Source of the DNA: Myxococcota bacterium
GTDB taxonomy: Bacteria; Myxococcota_A; Polyangia; Nannocystales; Nannocystaceae
NCBI GenBank assembly: GCA_039194325.1
Contig: JBCCWC010000009.1
Span: forward strand, 71,321 to 135,320
Reading direction: 5' to 3'
Length of the DNA stretch: 64,000 nt
The translations under genes were made by a program, and so were the position numbers. The notes under the pieces were generated by a model, which worked only from the letters and a program-made list of their open reading frames with translations, was not told where the DNA came from and searched no databases. Of the stretch, positions 32,566-42,493 are shown in pieces. The number at the start of each line of letters is the position of its first letter. Within the stretch, counting starts at the first letter, position 1.

Positions 32566-33903
32566 TCAGCCCGCGTCGGCCTCGCAGGCCGGGGGCCCCG
32601 CGTTGCCCGTGTTCCAGGCCGCGAGCGCATCGGCCAGCGCAAGCGCGGCATCACGGTCGGCGCCCTGCGGATCGCTGCCTACGTTGATGATCCCCAGCAA
32701 TTGCTCCGCCGCATCGCGATCCGCCTGGATCCCGCTGGGATCCACCCCGGTCGCCACGTTCAGATCGACGGTGATGAGCTGCTTCATCAGCGTCACCGAG
32801 GCGTCGTCGGTCACCCAGCCAAAGAAGCCCAGGATCTCATAGTCGGTCCACACCGCGTCGAAGTACATCAGCGAGTCCACCGGCCACTGGTCCAGCGGCC
32901 GAGCCCACCAGTCGAGTTTTTCGTCGACACACTCGTCCACCGTCTCGACAAGACACACCGAGCTGCAGCCGTCGCCGTCGACCAGGTTGCCGTCGTCGCA
33001 CTCCTCCGATACGTCGATCACCCCGTCTCCGCAGAAGTTACACGAGGGCACCTGGGCCACCGAGGCAAACCCGGCTACGTCGATGTGGTTGAAGTACGAG
33101 ATGTTGACCCCCGTGCTCACCACGTGGTCGGCGGTCATCGTGGTGATGTCGAGCTCGGCCAGCTCGTCGATCGCATAGCCGTCGCTGCCCAGCAGCATCG
33201 GCTCGCAGGTATTGGGCTCGAGCGAGAACGCCATGCCCGAGAACGAGTGACCCGGGTCGGCCCACGCTCCGGCGCGGGTCCAGGTGCCCAGGTTGGTGAA
33301 GGTGCCCGCGTCGAGGTCACAGGCGTAGAGCGGCGTGGAGCTATTGTTGGGCACCGTGCCCTGGAAGTAGCAATTGCCGTCCAGGTCGAAGGCCAGATCG
33401 CCCCCATTGGTGCTGCCCGGCGCCGGGATCGGCAGCGGGGCTCCCACCCCCGACAACGTCATGATGTCGAACTCGTAGATGGACTGGTCGCCCCGATCGT
33501 AGACCCACAAGCGCCCGTCGCGATCGAAAGCGGCGCCGGTGAGATCGGCGAGAACGGGCGTGCCCGCCCCAACCGCCGTCGCTGCTCCGGTCGCCGGATC
33601 GACGGTCACCAGCGTGCTCAGCCCCGTGAACCGGTCGTAGGTAAAGCCGTAGATCGTACCGAAGCTGTCCATGGCGATCGCGCCGACGCCCGTGTTCGCC
33701 CCGCCCACGGTGACGAACCCCAGGTCGGTGAAGCCGGTCCCATCCTCCTCGATGCTAAAGAACCGGGTGGTGTCCCCAGGGACGGCCGCGCCTCCTTCTG
33801 GGGTCGGGTTGACGATGTAGATCGTGGCATCGGCCACGCTCGGTGCGAGGGTCAGAGCGCCGACCAGAGCGCCGACGAGGATACGAGTGGGTGGTTTCGA
33901 CAT
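32566..33903 (-). CDS. secreted beta-propeller-like protein with a Myxococcus Cys-rich repeat (DUF4215-like)
   Basis: AGGAGG RBS, signal peptide, AFDRDG/AFDLDG blade motifs, CGDGVIDVSEECDDGNLVDGDGCSSVC. Confidence 0.75.
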   Translation of the reverse strand: MSKPPTRILVGALVGALTLAPSVADATIYIVNPTPEGGAAVPGDTTRFFSIEEDGTGFTDLGFVTVGGANTGVGAIAMDSFGTIYGFTYDRFTGLSTLVTVDPATGAATAVGAGTPVLADLTGAAFDRDGRLWVYDRGDQSIYEFDIMTLSGVGAPLPIPAPGSTNGGDLAFDLDGNCYFQGTVPNNSSTPLYACDLDAGTFTNLGTWTRAGAWADPGHSFSGMAFSLEPNTCEPMLLGSDGYAIDELAELDITTMTADHVVSTGVNISYFNHIDVAGFASVAQVPSCNFCGDGVIDVSEECDDGNLVDGDGCSSVCLVETVDECVDEKLDWWARPLDQWPVDSLMYFDAVWTDYEILGFFGWVTDDASVTLMKQLITVDLNVATGVDPSGIQADRDAAEQLLGIINVGSDPQGADRDAALALADALAAWNTGNAGPPACEADAG

Positions 33904-34273
33904 GGCCAGTTCCTCCTGGATTGACGTGAAGCTGGTTCGCGATGGTTCGCGATGGTTCGTAGTGAGCAGAATGACCACGACATTCCGGGCGATGGGCCAT
34001 CGTCGTGGTGGCGTACGGCGCAGCGTCGTGATCGAAAACGATCGAGCACGAGGGCCTCCGTCGATGGACCCGGGCTTCCCCCCGAGCCCCATCAAGGAGC
34101 GCTTCGGTCGATCGTGTGCCCAAGATGACCGACCAAACACCGATTGTCAGGCGAGAACCTGATTTCACGTGATTTCATCCGAGCGGTGCGCCATCGCCCC
34201 GCCGGCCCTGCGGTCGTGGCCTCTGCTCTCGCGCAAGCCCGATCCGACCGACGACCTCGACGAACCCCTACGC

Positions 34274-35977
34274 TCACCGGTGGACGACACCGGTGGACGA
34301 CACCGGATGACCGCCGCTGTCCCTGCGCTTTCGTATTCGCCCGATCGCGTCGATCTCCGCCTGGAGCAGGCGTCGCTCCTTGTCGGTCCAAAACTGCTCT
34401 TCCTTGAGCCGATAGCGCTGGCGCTGAGCGACGACCATGATGAGGATCGTGCTGACGAAGAACAGCTGGTTGGCCATCACCGCGTCGACCGACTCGATGT
34501 GATAGCCCACGAAGATAGCCGGGCTCACGTAGGACAAATAGAGCACGCCGCTGAACACCAACGCGCGCCGCAGCGACCACAGGAACATCACGCCAACACA
34601 CAGCACCAGCAGATTCAGACCCGACGAGTGGTAAGACTCCAGACCTCCGTCGACCCAGACGATCCCGCACACGGCCCAGCCGGCCACGAGGTTGGCCATG
34701 AACACCACCGTGTCGACGTGCCGTTCGGCAAGCTCGGGTCGAGCTCGACTCAGCCCATAGACACACCCAGCCATCAAGCAAACCCCCAGCCGGATCCCGA
34801 GCGTCGTCCACACATGCTCGCGAAGCATCAGCCAGTCGAGCAGCCAGAACATGCTGAACAGCAGGATCCCGAGCACCGACTGCAAGCACAACATCCTGGT
34901 GTTGAAGACGTCGAGCCGCGACTGGAAGTCCTCGAGGGCGATCAGCAACGCCTCCATCGAGGGAAAGCGATCGGCCGGGTCCTTGGCCATGCCCCGGCGC
35001 AGCAGACGACGCAGGTACCGAGGGACGGGGACCTCGGGGCGCGCTTGAGTGCGCCGCTTACGAAGGCCGGACGTGCCCGAGCCTTGAAGAAACTCGGGAG
35101 CGGGAAACTTGCCGTAGAGCGCCTCGTATAGCGACATACAGAAGCTGTACTGGTCGCTCCCCGCCCCGGTTCGCCGCCCGCCAAACAGCTCGGGCGCCAT
35201 ATAGGCGGGAGTACCCTTGAGCTTCCCGGAGCTGGGCGGCGGCGGCGGCCCCAGATCCAAGGCCGGATCCAAGGCCGGATCCACGGCCGGATCCACGGCC
35301 GGGTGCGATCCGGCGCGGCGCTTTTCGACGATGGCCGGCGTCTGGTCGTACTCTTCGCTGCGACAGGCGAGCCCAAAATCGAGGATCCGCGCCCGCCCGT
35401 GGGCGTCGATGATGGCGTTGCTGGGCTTGAAATCCCGATGCACCAGGCCCCGCTTGTGGGCCGCCGCCAGACCCATGCCCAGCTGCATGAACACCCGGGT
35501 GCACTCGCGCCAGTCGGGCCGGGGCTCTTGCCGCATCCACTCGGTGAGCGTGCGCCCCTCGACCCGCTCCATCACCACGTAGGTCCGCCCCTCGAACTCC
35601 CCCACCTCATAGACCTGCACCACGTTGGGGTGCGAGAGCGTGGCCATCGCCTGGGCCTCTCGCTCGAGCTGCCGGGCATCGTGCTCGCCGAGCTCCTCGT
35701 GCAGCACCTTGATCGCCACCCGACGATGCAGCACGGGATCGAAGGCATCGAATACCGTACCCATGCCGCCTTGGCCCAGCATGCCGAGCACCTGGTATCG
35801 CCCGAGCACGACCGGGTCGGCCACGGCCGTCCTCCGCGTTCCCAGGGACGCGCGCGGGCTCTTGGAGGCGCCGACCTTGCGGATCCGGGCGGGCGACATT
35901 CGGTTTCGATCCCGGATCGGCTCGTCACCGAGCCCAAGCGGCGGTACCTCTAACGCATCTGGACGCATGGCGCTCAT
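34274..35977 (-). CDS. Ser/Thr kinase with C-terminal multi-TM domain
   Basis: HRDFKPSN, DFGLA, GTPAYMAPE; about six hydrophobic helices at the C-terminus. Confidence 0.85.
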   Translation of the reverse strand: MSAMRPDALEVPPLGLGDEPIRDRNRMSPARIRKVGASKSPRASLGTRRTAVADPVVLGRYQVLGMLGQGGMGTVFDAFDPVLHRRVAIKVLHEELGEHDARQLEREAQAMATLSHPNVVQVYEVGEFEGRTYVVMERVEGRTLTEWMRQEPRPDWRECTRVFMQLGMGLAAAHKRGLVHRDFKPSNAIIDAHGRARILDFGLACRSEEYDQTPAIVEKRRAGSHPAVDPAVDPALDPALDLGPPPPPSSGKLKGTPAYMAPELFGGRRTGAGSDQYSFCMSLYEALYGKFPAPEFLQGSGTSGLRKRRTQARPEVPVPRYLRRLLRRGMAKDPADRFPSMEALLIALEDFQSRLDVFNTRMLCLQSVLGILLFSMFWLLDWLMLREHVWTTLGIRLGVCLMAGCVYGLSRARPELAERHVDTVVFMANLVAGWAVCGIVWVDGGLESYHSSGLNLLVLCVGVMFLWSLRRALVFSGVLYLSYVSPAIFVGYHIESVDAVMANQLFFVSTILIMVVAQRQRYRLKEEQFWTDKERRLLQAEIDAIGRIRKRRDSGGHPVSSTGVVHR

Positions 35978-36271
35978 GACGAGGCTCGGGATCGACGCCG
36001 GCCGCGCCGGCGACCGGGCGAACGGGACGAATCACAAGGAACAAGCCACGCCCATTAGACCAGATATGAGCGACATCGACATAACAGGTTGCATCGTCTT
36101 CGACGACGTCGTTGCTTGACGATCACAACGACTCGTTCACCAGCGGCTTGTGAAGAGTCAAACTGAAAATCTGTGAATCGCGGGCAATACCGACCCCGCG
36201 AGACGACCGGTTGATGGAGGTGACGATAGCGGTGCGTGTCACCAACGCACCGAACCGTCGGCGCAACGACC

Positions 36272-39202
36272 CTACCGTGTCGTCGTGCGCGGTGCTCCGC
36301 GCGGCGCCTCCGACCGTGGCGTGTGCGTCGCCAGCCACGCCTCGATCGCGACCCGATCGTCCCGTCGCCCCGGGCCGTACCCGGCGTACGCCTCCTGAGC
36401 TTGCTGGGCCAAGGCGACGGCTCGCGCCCGCTCGGAGGGCTCGGTCCACAGGGCCCGGGCCAGCACGAAGCGGGCCTGGGCCAGCACCATCGACGCCACC
36501 CCGTTTGCCTCGCACACCGACACGGCCCGCTCGGCCTGCTCGCGCGCACCCGCGATCCGTCCCCCGGCCAACGCAAGCTCGGCTCGCGCTACGCGAGCAT
36601 GGGCGATGTCGGGATGCTCGGGACCCAGCGCGCCCTCGAGGATCTCGAGCCCACGCTCGAGCGACTGCCGCGCCTTGGTCTCGTCCCCGCGCCGGGCCCA
36701 TGCCCGGCCCAGCCCGATCTGCGATTGCCCCACCAGCGGGTGCTCGGGGCCAACCGCCTGCGCTCGCATGGCGAGCCCTCGCTGTAGGTACACGAGCGCA
36801 TCGTCGAGCGCCCCCTTGTGCAGGAGCACCTCCCCGATCGAGTGGAGCGAACCCGCCACCGAGACATGCTCGGGGCCCAGCAGCTCCTGGTCCAGAGCGA
36901 GCGCGCGTTGCAAGGCGTTCAGGGCGCGCTCGGAGTCGCCCCGAAGGTGCAGCACCCGGCCGATGCACCGCAGCGAGTACGCCACCGAGGGGTGTCGCGG
37001 GCCCAGCACGTCCTCGAATAGATCGAGGGCCCGTCGATGATGCTGCTCGGCTTGCTCAAGGTGCCCGTGCTTGCGCAGGATGTCGCCTAACCGGTTGAGC
37101 ATCCGCCCGACCTCGGGGCGCCGGGGGCCCAGCGCCTGCTCGAGCAGCGCGAGCGCGGCACGATAGAGCTCGAGCGCCTCCGACCACCGACCCTGCTGAG
37201 CCAGCGCGCCACCGACCTCGCGCAGGGCCACGGCCCGCTGCTCGTCGTCGATCCCCCGCCGATCCGCGAGAGCCCGCGTGATGTCGACCCACGGCTCGGC
37301 GTGCTCGGGCTGCGCTCGGCCCGACGAGGTCACGTAGGTCAGCGAGGACACCGCCCGTAGCTCGACCCCGCGGTGTTCGTAGCGCAGCGCCAGCAGGTAG
37401 GCCTGCCGCAGGTCGTCCTCGGCCTCCGCATAGTCGTCGTGCATGCTATGGACCTCCCCGCGGACCAGGAGGGCCTCCGCCTCCAGCGGGCCGTAGCCCA
37501 GCTGTCGCGCCTGCTCTAGCACCTGCCCGGCGCGCTGCCGGCTCCGGGCGTAGTCCCCCCCCGCGAGCAACGCCCGGGCCTCCGCCAGCTGCTCGCGCGC
37601 CATGTTGACCTGTGCCGCCACTTGCGGATCTTCGGGAGGGGGCAGCTGGGCCCGTAGGGCCTCGACGTCGTCGCATCGCAAGAGGCTCGGGAGATCCGTC
37701 ACCACCGTCATCGCCCGGTCGATCCGCTCCGCGTCGACCCGCGCGAGCACCTTGACCGTCTCGCGCAGCGCGACCTTGCGCATGTTCAGGCAGCCCATCC
37801 GCCGGTCCATCACCTCGGGTGACTGTTCGCCCCGCACGGTGGTGGCCTCGCAGACGGCGGTGTGGGCGTCGGTCCACGCATCGGCATACGCATCGAGGTG
37901 GGCGCCGACCCGCGCCCAGGTATCGGGAGCCGCCCATGACCCGGTGCCCAGGATCGCCGCCTGGATCTGTGACCGGCGCGTGTCGTCCCAGATCCCATCG
38001 AGCTCGGCTCGAGCCCCGCTACAGCGCCGATCGAGCGCGGCGCCGCGGGCCCTGGCCGCCTCGCGCGAGACCTCGGCCTGGTAGGCCAGGCCCCCGGCAA
38101 TGGCGATGAGCCCGGTGACCACCCCCAGCGCCAGCCCGCGACGCCGCCGCGGGGCCACCAGCTTGCGCAGCGCGGCCAGTAGCGCCTCCATCGAGGGCCA
38201 CCGCCGCTCGGGTTCGAACGACAGCCCGCGTAGGAGCACCGTGCGCAGCGCCGTGGGGACCCGGGACTCCCGCGGGGCGGGGCGGATCTGGCCTGCGGCC
38301 ATCGCCATCAGCAGGGCCTTCATCCCCCGACCCGCAAACGGTCGCTCGCCATAGACCGCCTCGTAAAGCGACACGCAAAAGCTGAACTGATCGCTGCGCG
38401 CGTCGGCCTCGTGACCCTTGATCTGCTCGGGCGACATATAGGCGGGCGTGCCCAGCACCGCGCCGGTGCGGGTCAGCGGGGTATCGAGCGCGTCGGTGTC
38501 CACCCGGGCCCCCACCGGTAGCAGGGTGTTCGACGCATCGTCCTCGGTATCGGCCTGTCGAGCCAGACCAAAGTCGAGCAAGCGCGGGCGCCCCTCCTCG
38601 TCGATGATCGCGTTTCTCGGCTTGAAGTCGCGGTGCACCAGTCCGCGGGCATGGGCCGCCGAAAGCCCCGCCCCCAGCGAGATGAACATCTCGACGCAGG
38701 CCCGCCAGTCGGGCCGGGGTTGTTGCTGCAGCCACTCCCTGGGCGTCTGACCTCGCACCAGCTCCATGGCCACGAAGGCCCGGCCCTCGACCTCCCCCAC
38801 CTCGTACACCTGCACCACGTTGGGGTGCGAGAGCTTGGCCATCGCCTGGGCTTCTCGCATCAACCGGGTGGTGTGCCGCTCGCCCAGATCCCGGTGCAGC
38901 ACCTTCACCGCCACCCGGCGATCGAGCGTGCGATCGAAGGCCTCGAGCACGGTGCCCATCCCCCCCTTGCCCAGGGTACCCAGCAGCACATAGCGCCCCA
39001 GCATGGGCGGCGATGTCGAGGACCGGGGCCAGTCGGTGGAGGCACGATCGGGCGCCGCTGCATCACCGGCTGCGTCACCGCCCAAGCCGGGGACCGATAC
39101 GGCCAGCTCAGGGTTCGGGTCCGGGTTCGCATCGTCAAACCACGTCGCTCCATCTCCGTGGTCATCGGAGCCTGGCGGATGTTTGTCTACACTTCCCTCC
39201 AT
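36272..39202 (-). CDS. Ser/Thr kinase with TM segment and TPR repeats
   Basis: HRDFKPRN, DFGLA, GTPAYMSPE; RRMGCL linker; TPR repeats LGPxHP. Confidence 0.92.
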   Translation of the reverse strand: MEGSVDKHPPGSDDHGDGATWFDDANPDPNPELAVSVPGLGGDAAGDAAAPDRASTDWPRSSTSPPMLGRYVLLGTLGKGGMGTVLEAFDRTLDRRVAVKVLHRDLGERHTTRLMREAQAMAKLSHPNVVQVYEVGEVEGRAFVAMELVRGQTPREWLQQQPRPDWRACVEMFISLGAGLSAAHARGLVHRDFKPRNAIIDEEGRPRLLDFGLARQADTEDDASNTLLPVGARVDTDALDTPLTRTGAVLGTPAYMSPEQIKGHEADARSDQFSFCVSLYEAVYGERPFAGRGMKALLMAMAAGQIRPAPRESRVPTALRTVLLRGLSFEPERRWPSMEALLAALRKLVAPRRRRGLALGVVTGLIAIAGGLAYQAEVSREAARARGAALDRRCSGARAELDGIWDDTRRSQIQAAILGTGSWAAPDTWARVGAHLDAYADAWTDAHTAVCEATTVRGEQSPEVMDRRMGCLNMRKVALRETVKVLARVDAERIDRAMTVVTDLPSLLRCDDVEALRAQLPPPEDPQVAAQVNMAREQLAEARALLAGGDYARSRQRAGQVLEQARQLGYGPLEAEALLVRGEVHSMHDDYAEAEDDLRQAYLLALRYEHRGVELRAVSSLTYVTSSGRAQPEHAEPWVDITRALADRRGIDDEQRAVALREVGGALAQQGRWSEALELYRAALALLEQALGPRRPEVGRMLNRLGDILRKHGHLEQAEQHHRRALDLFEDVLGPRHPSVAYSLRCIGRVLHLRGDSERALNALQRALALDQELLGPEHVSVAGSLHSIGEVLLHKGALDDALVYLQRGLAMRAQAVGPEHPLVGQSQIGLGRAWARRGDETKARQSLERGLEILEGALGPEHPDIAHARVARAELALAGGRIAGAREQAERAVSVCEANGVASMVLAQARFVLARALWTEPSERARAVALAQQAQEAYAGYGPGRRDDRVAIEAWLATHTPRSEAPRGAPRTTTR

Positions 39203-39416
39203 CGATTCGTCGAGCTCTGGTCAGCGCGCAACTGCGGGTCGTCGGGAACGTACGGCATGCGTGCGAAATGATCGCAAACGCCACAATAACATCGTTCTGA
39301 GCCCTCTATACTGCACTGCGAATGAGGTCGCGAGGGACGCAACTGCTCGCGTGCGCGCTGGGATGGAGGAACGATGGAGGAGAGTGTGGTAGTCGCTCGC
39401 GCCAAGCGAGGCCGAC

Positions 39417-40184
39417 ATGACTCCCTTTCAGATCCGTCGGCGCATCCGTTCCTTGTTGGCGAGGTGGCGGAACAACGTCGACACCCACGCGTTCAGGACC
39501 GGCATTCCCGAGGCCACCTCCACCTCCACCTCCACCTCTACCTCCACCTCCACCGCCACCGCCACCGCCGACCAAGCGGCCGCGCCGAAGCCCACGCCGT
39601 CCAAGGTCAACGCCGACCAGACCGCCGCGCCGGAGCCTACCCAGAGCGTCGAGACCACGCCGGTGCCTAGCCCGCCCCAGATCGTCCGCGCTGAGGAGCT
39701 TCCCGACGATCTGGACAGCGACGACTGGCGCGCCCGCCTCGAGGCCGTCAAGACCCTCGCGGGCACCTCCAACGTCGACGCGGCCGTGCCCGTGCTGGTC
39801 GACAAGCTCCGTGACCCCGCCGTCGAGGTGGCCGTCGCCGCCGCGCGTAGCCTCGGCCGCCTGCGGGCCGGCGCAGCCGTGACGTCGCTGCGCGAGGTCC
39901 TACGCAACGAGGACAGCTTCTTCGGCAGCGTCTCCCGCCAGGCCGCCCTCGTGGCGCTGAGCGAGATCCTCGGCCCCGATGCGCTGCCCGACCTCCGGAC
40001 CACCGTCCGCGACCTCGACGCCGACCTGGCCACCGCCGCCATCGAGCTCATCTCGCGCCACGGCACGCGTGAGGACAGCCAGTCACTCCAGGCCATCGTC
40101 GACGACCCCCAGGGCTTCTATCACCCCTCGGTGCGTGAAGCGGCCCAAAGCGCGCTGCGACGCCTGCCTGGCGACGAGGCGTAG
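39417..40184 (+). CDS. HEAT/PBS-lyase repeat protein with Thr-Ser low-complexity linker
   Basis: LxDxDxxVRxAA-type repeats; TSTSTS tract. Confidence 0.75.
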   Translation: MTPFQIRRRIRSLLARWRNNVDTHAFRTGIPEATSTSTSTSTSTSTATATADQAAAPKPTPSKVNADQTAAPEPTQSVETTPVPSPPQIVRAEELPDDLDSDDWRARLEAVKTLAGTSNVDAAVPVLVDKLRDPAVEVAVAAARSLGRLRAGAAVTSLREVLRNEDSFFGSVSRQAALVALSEILGPDALPDLRTTVRDLDADLATAAIELISRHGTREDSQSLQAIVDDPQGFYHPSVREAAQSALRRLPGDEA

Positions 40185-40322
40185 ATCGACGAGAGTCCCT
40201 TCGATCCGCATCGGATCACGGGCGCCATGAAAAAGCCCGCCAGGCCGAGGTCTACGACCAAGCCCACGAGCGCATGCGCCGGCTCGGCTCGCTCGAGAGG
40301 CTCATGGCGCCCTGGTGCCTCG

Positions 40323-41903
40323 TCAGGTCAATGCACCTCGGAGCATCGAGATGTCGCGGGGGATCCTCGTCGGGATCTCGACGTCGAGCAGCTCCGCCTC
40401 GACGAGGGCATTGAGCTGGCGGTTGAGCTCGAGCACGAGGGCATCATTGGCGGGATCGTTGGCCAGGTTCGTGATCTCGTCCGGGTCGGACTCGAGGTCG
40501 TAGAGCTCAAGGTCGAACTCAGCCCGCAGCACCTCGATGGTCGTCGGGAGCGGGTCCTTGACGATCGGTGCGAAGTAACGGGCGAATTTATGGGTCGCCG
40601 TCCGGATCCCCAGCAACAAGCCGCGCTTTTTGAAGTCGAATTTCTTGGTGTGGCCGAGGACGAAGTCCGCGTCGAGAAAGCTCAGCGCCGAGTAGGTGAA
40701 CAACAGGCTCGTGCGCGTGCCCGTGGCGTCCACATCGAAGACCAAGGGCGACAGATCGTGACCCAAGAGATCGGGGAAGCGGGTGCGCTGGTCCTGCTCG
40801 AGCCCGCACAAGCTCATCAGGGTCGGGGCCAGATCGAGCGCCGAGCCGAGGGCCTTGGTGGTGACGCCCCGAACGCCGTCCGGGTGGCAGATCGTCAGCG
40901 GGACGTTGTTGTTCTCCTTGTAGATGAACGGCCCCTTGGTGCGGTGCCCGTGGGCTCCCGCCATCTCCCCGTGATCGGCGGTGAAGATGACGATCGTATC
41001 CTCGGCGAGCCCGGACTGCTCGAGGTGCCGCAGCAGCCGCATCATCTGGCGATCGACGTCCCGCTGGCAGTTGATGTAGTAGTTGACGTACGCCTTCCAC
41101 ATCGCTTCATCCTTGGGGATGTCGCCGAAGAAGCCGGTGAAGATCCGGTCGAACTCTCGATGGGCGCGGGGCTTGGACTCGTAGGTCTCGCGGTTGAAGT
41201 CGCGCTTCCAGCTCTCACACAGCTCGACCTCGTGCTGCTCGCGATACAGGGCGTGGTCGGGCGGGCTCATGATCGCCATCAGGGCCGCGGCGTCCGCCGA
41301 TTGCTGCTGCACGGTCCCCGTGCCGTCGATGTCGACGGTCATGATGTCGTGGGGATTGACCAGCGCACAGACCATGAAGAAGGGCTTGGCCTCCGACTCC
41401 TCGGTGCGGTAGTTGACCCACTGGTCGAGCCAGTAGATCGCATCCGAGATGATCCGGCCGTCGTGGGTATGCCCCTCTAGAGCGACCGAGTGAAGATCGC
41501 CGTCGTGCTGGAAGTCGTTGAACCCGTAGGGCTGCATGGCGTTCTCGGTGGTGACCCGCGGGTCTTGGGTGTCGTCGATACGGGCGAGGTGCCACTTGCC
41601 CTTGTAGACGCTGTAGTAACCGGCCGCGGCGGCCATGTCGCCGAGGGTCGCGATCTCGGGCCGCATGTCCCGGATATAGGGGAAGTTCGTGTTGTCGAGC
41701 ATGCCGGTGCGCAGCGCGTGCTGGCCGGTGAAGATCACCGAGCGTGCCGGGGTGCAGGGGGCTGTCGTGACGTGGTAGTTGTCGAAGCTCACCCCGCGCT
41801 CACGTAGCCACTGGCGCGCTGGCAGCTCGATTCCCTCCGGGAAGTGCATGGGCATGCGCTCTTCGTCGACGAGGATCATCAGGATGTTCTTCTTGCTGGA
41901 CAT
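40323..41903 (-). CDS. sulfatase (formylglycine-type)
   Basis: NILMILVDE, CTPARSVIFTG (CxPxR), GKWHL, TADHG, ELYDLESDPDE; AGGAG RBS; no signal peptide. Confidence 0.9.
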   Translation of the reverse strand: MSSKKNILMILVDEERMPMHFPEGIELPARQWLRERGVSFDNYHVTTAPCTPARSVIFTGQHALRTGMLDNTNFPYIRDMRPEIATLGDMAAAAGYYSVYKGKWHLARIDDTQDPRVTTENAMQPYGFNDFQHDGDLHSVALEGHTHDGRIISDAIYWLDQWVNYRTEESEAKPFFMVCALVNPHDIMTVDIDGTGTVQQQSADAAALMAIMSPPDHALYREQHEVELCESWKRDFNRETYESKPRAHREFDRIFTGFFGDIPKDEAMWKAYVNYYINCQRDVDRQMMRLLRHLEQSGLAEDTIVIFTADHGEMAGAHGHRTKGPFIYKENNNVPLTICHPDGVRGVTTKALGSALDLAPTLMSLCGLEQDQRTRFPDLLGHDLSPLVFDVDATGTRTSLLFTYSALSFLDADFVLGHTKKFDFKKRGLLLGIRTATHKFARYFAPIVKDPLPTTIEVLRAEFDLELYDLESDPDEITNLANDPANDALVLELNRQLNALVEAELLDVEIPTRIPRDISMLRGALT

Positions 41904-42220
41904 GGTGTGCTCCTAGGGGCCTACAGACCGGGCTCGCCCCACGTTGACGGGGGCCCGACCAGAGGCAGTTGGCGTTGTCTGCACCGTCTTGTGTTCCCAC
42001 AATCAGCGCTGGGCTCGACGGTGGTCGTTGACGGCCCCATGTCCGACCGTCGGTGATGACGACCTTCGTCCCCGCCAGTGCAGCCAGCGAAGACGGGGTA
42101 GACGGCGAACGCGGGGGCTCGATCAGAAGATGACGCGCGGATCGTCGGTCCGAAAGCGCCGAATTCAACCACCCCCAAGGTCCGAGCCGGCCACCCCTTG
42201 TCGTTGACTCGTTGACTCGT

Positions 42221-42493
42221 TTACTCGTCGGCGAGGTCTCGGGCGGATTGGAGGAGGGCGCGGTGCTCTGCGATGAGCTCGGCCCCCTGCTCCTCGAGGA
42301 TCCGTCCGGCAGGCGTTAGATGGATCCCACCCGAGTCGGCCCACAGCACGGGCACCTCGACGCGCCGCTCGAGGGCCTCGAGCTTCCGGCGCACCTTCGA
42401 GCGCGGGATGCCGAGCTCGGCTGCCGCCCCCTTGACGCTCCCCGCGTCGACGACGGCAAGGAAGACCCGGACTTCCTCCAGATCGCCGCTCAT
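42221..42493 (-). CDS. LysR-type HTH-only protein
   Basis: VFLAVVDAGSVKGAAAELG..LTPAG; stops after the linker helix; ATGA overlap with the upstream LysR gene. Confidence 0.75.
   Translation of the reverse strand: MSGDLEEVRVFLAVVDAGSVKGAAAELGIPRSKVRRKLEALERRVEVPVLWADSGGIHLTPAGRILEEQGAELIAEHRALLQSARDLADE

Noticed and set aside
39515..39570. ACCTCC repeat as a regulatory element
   Set aside because: Simply encodes the in-frame Thr-Ser/Thr-Ala linker
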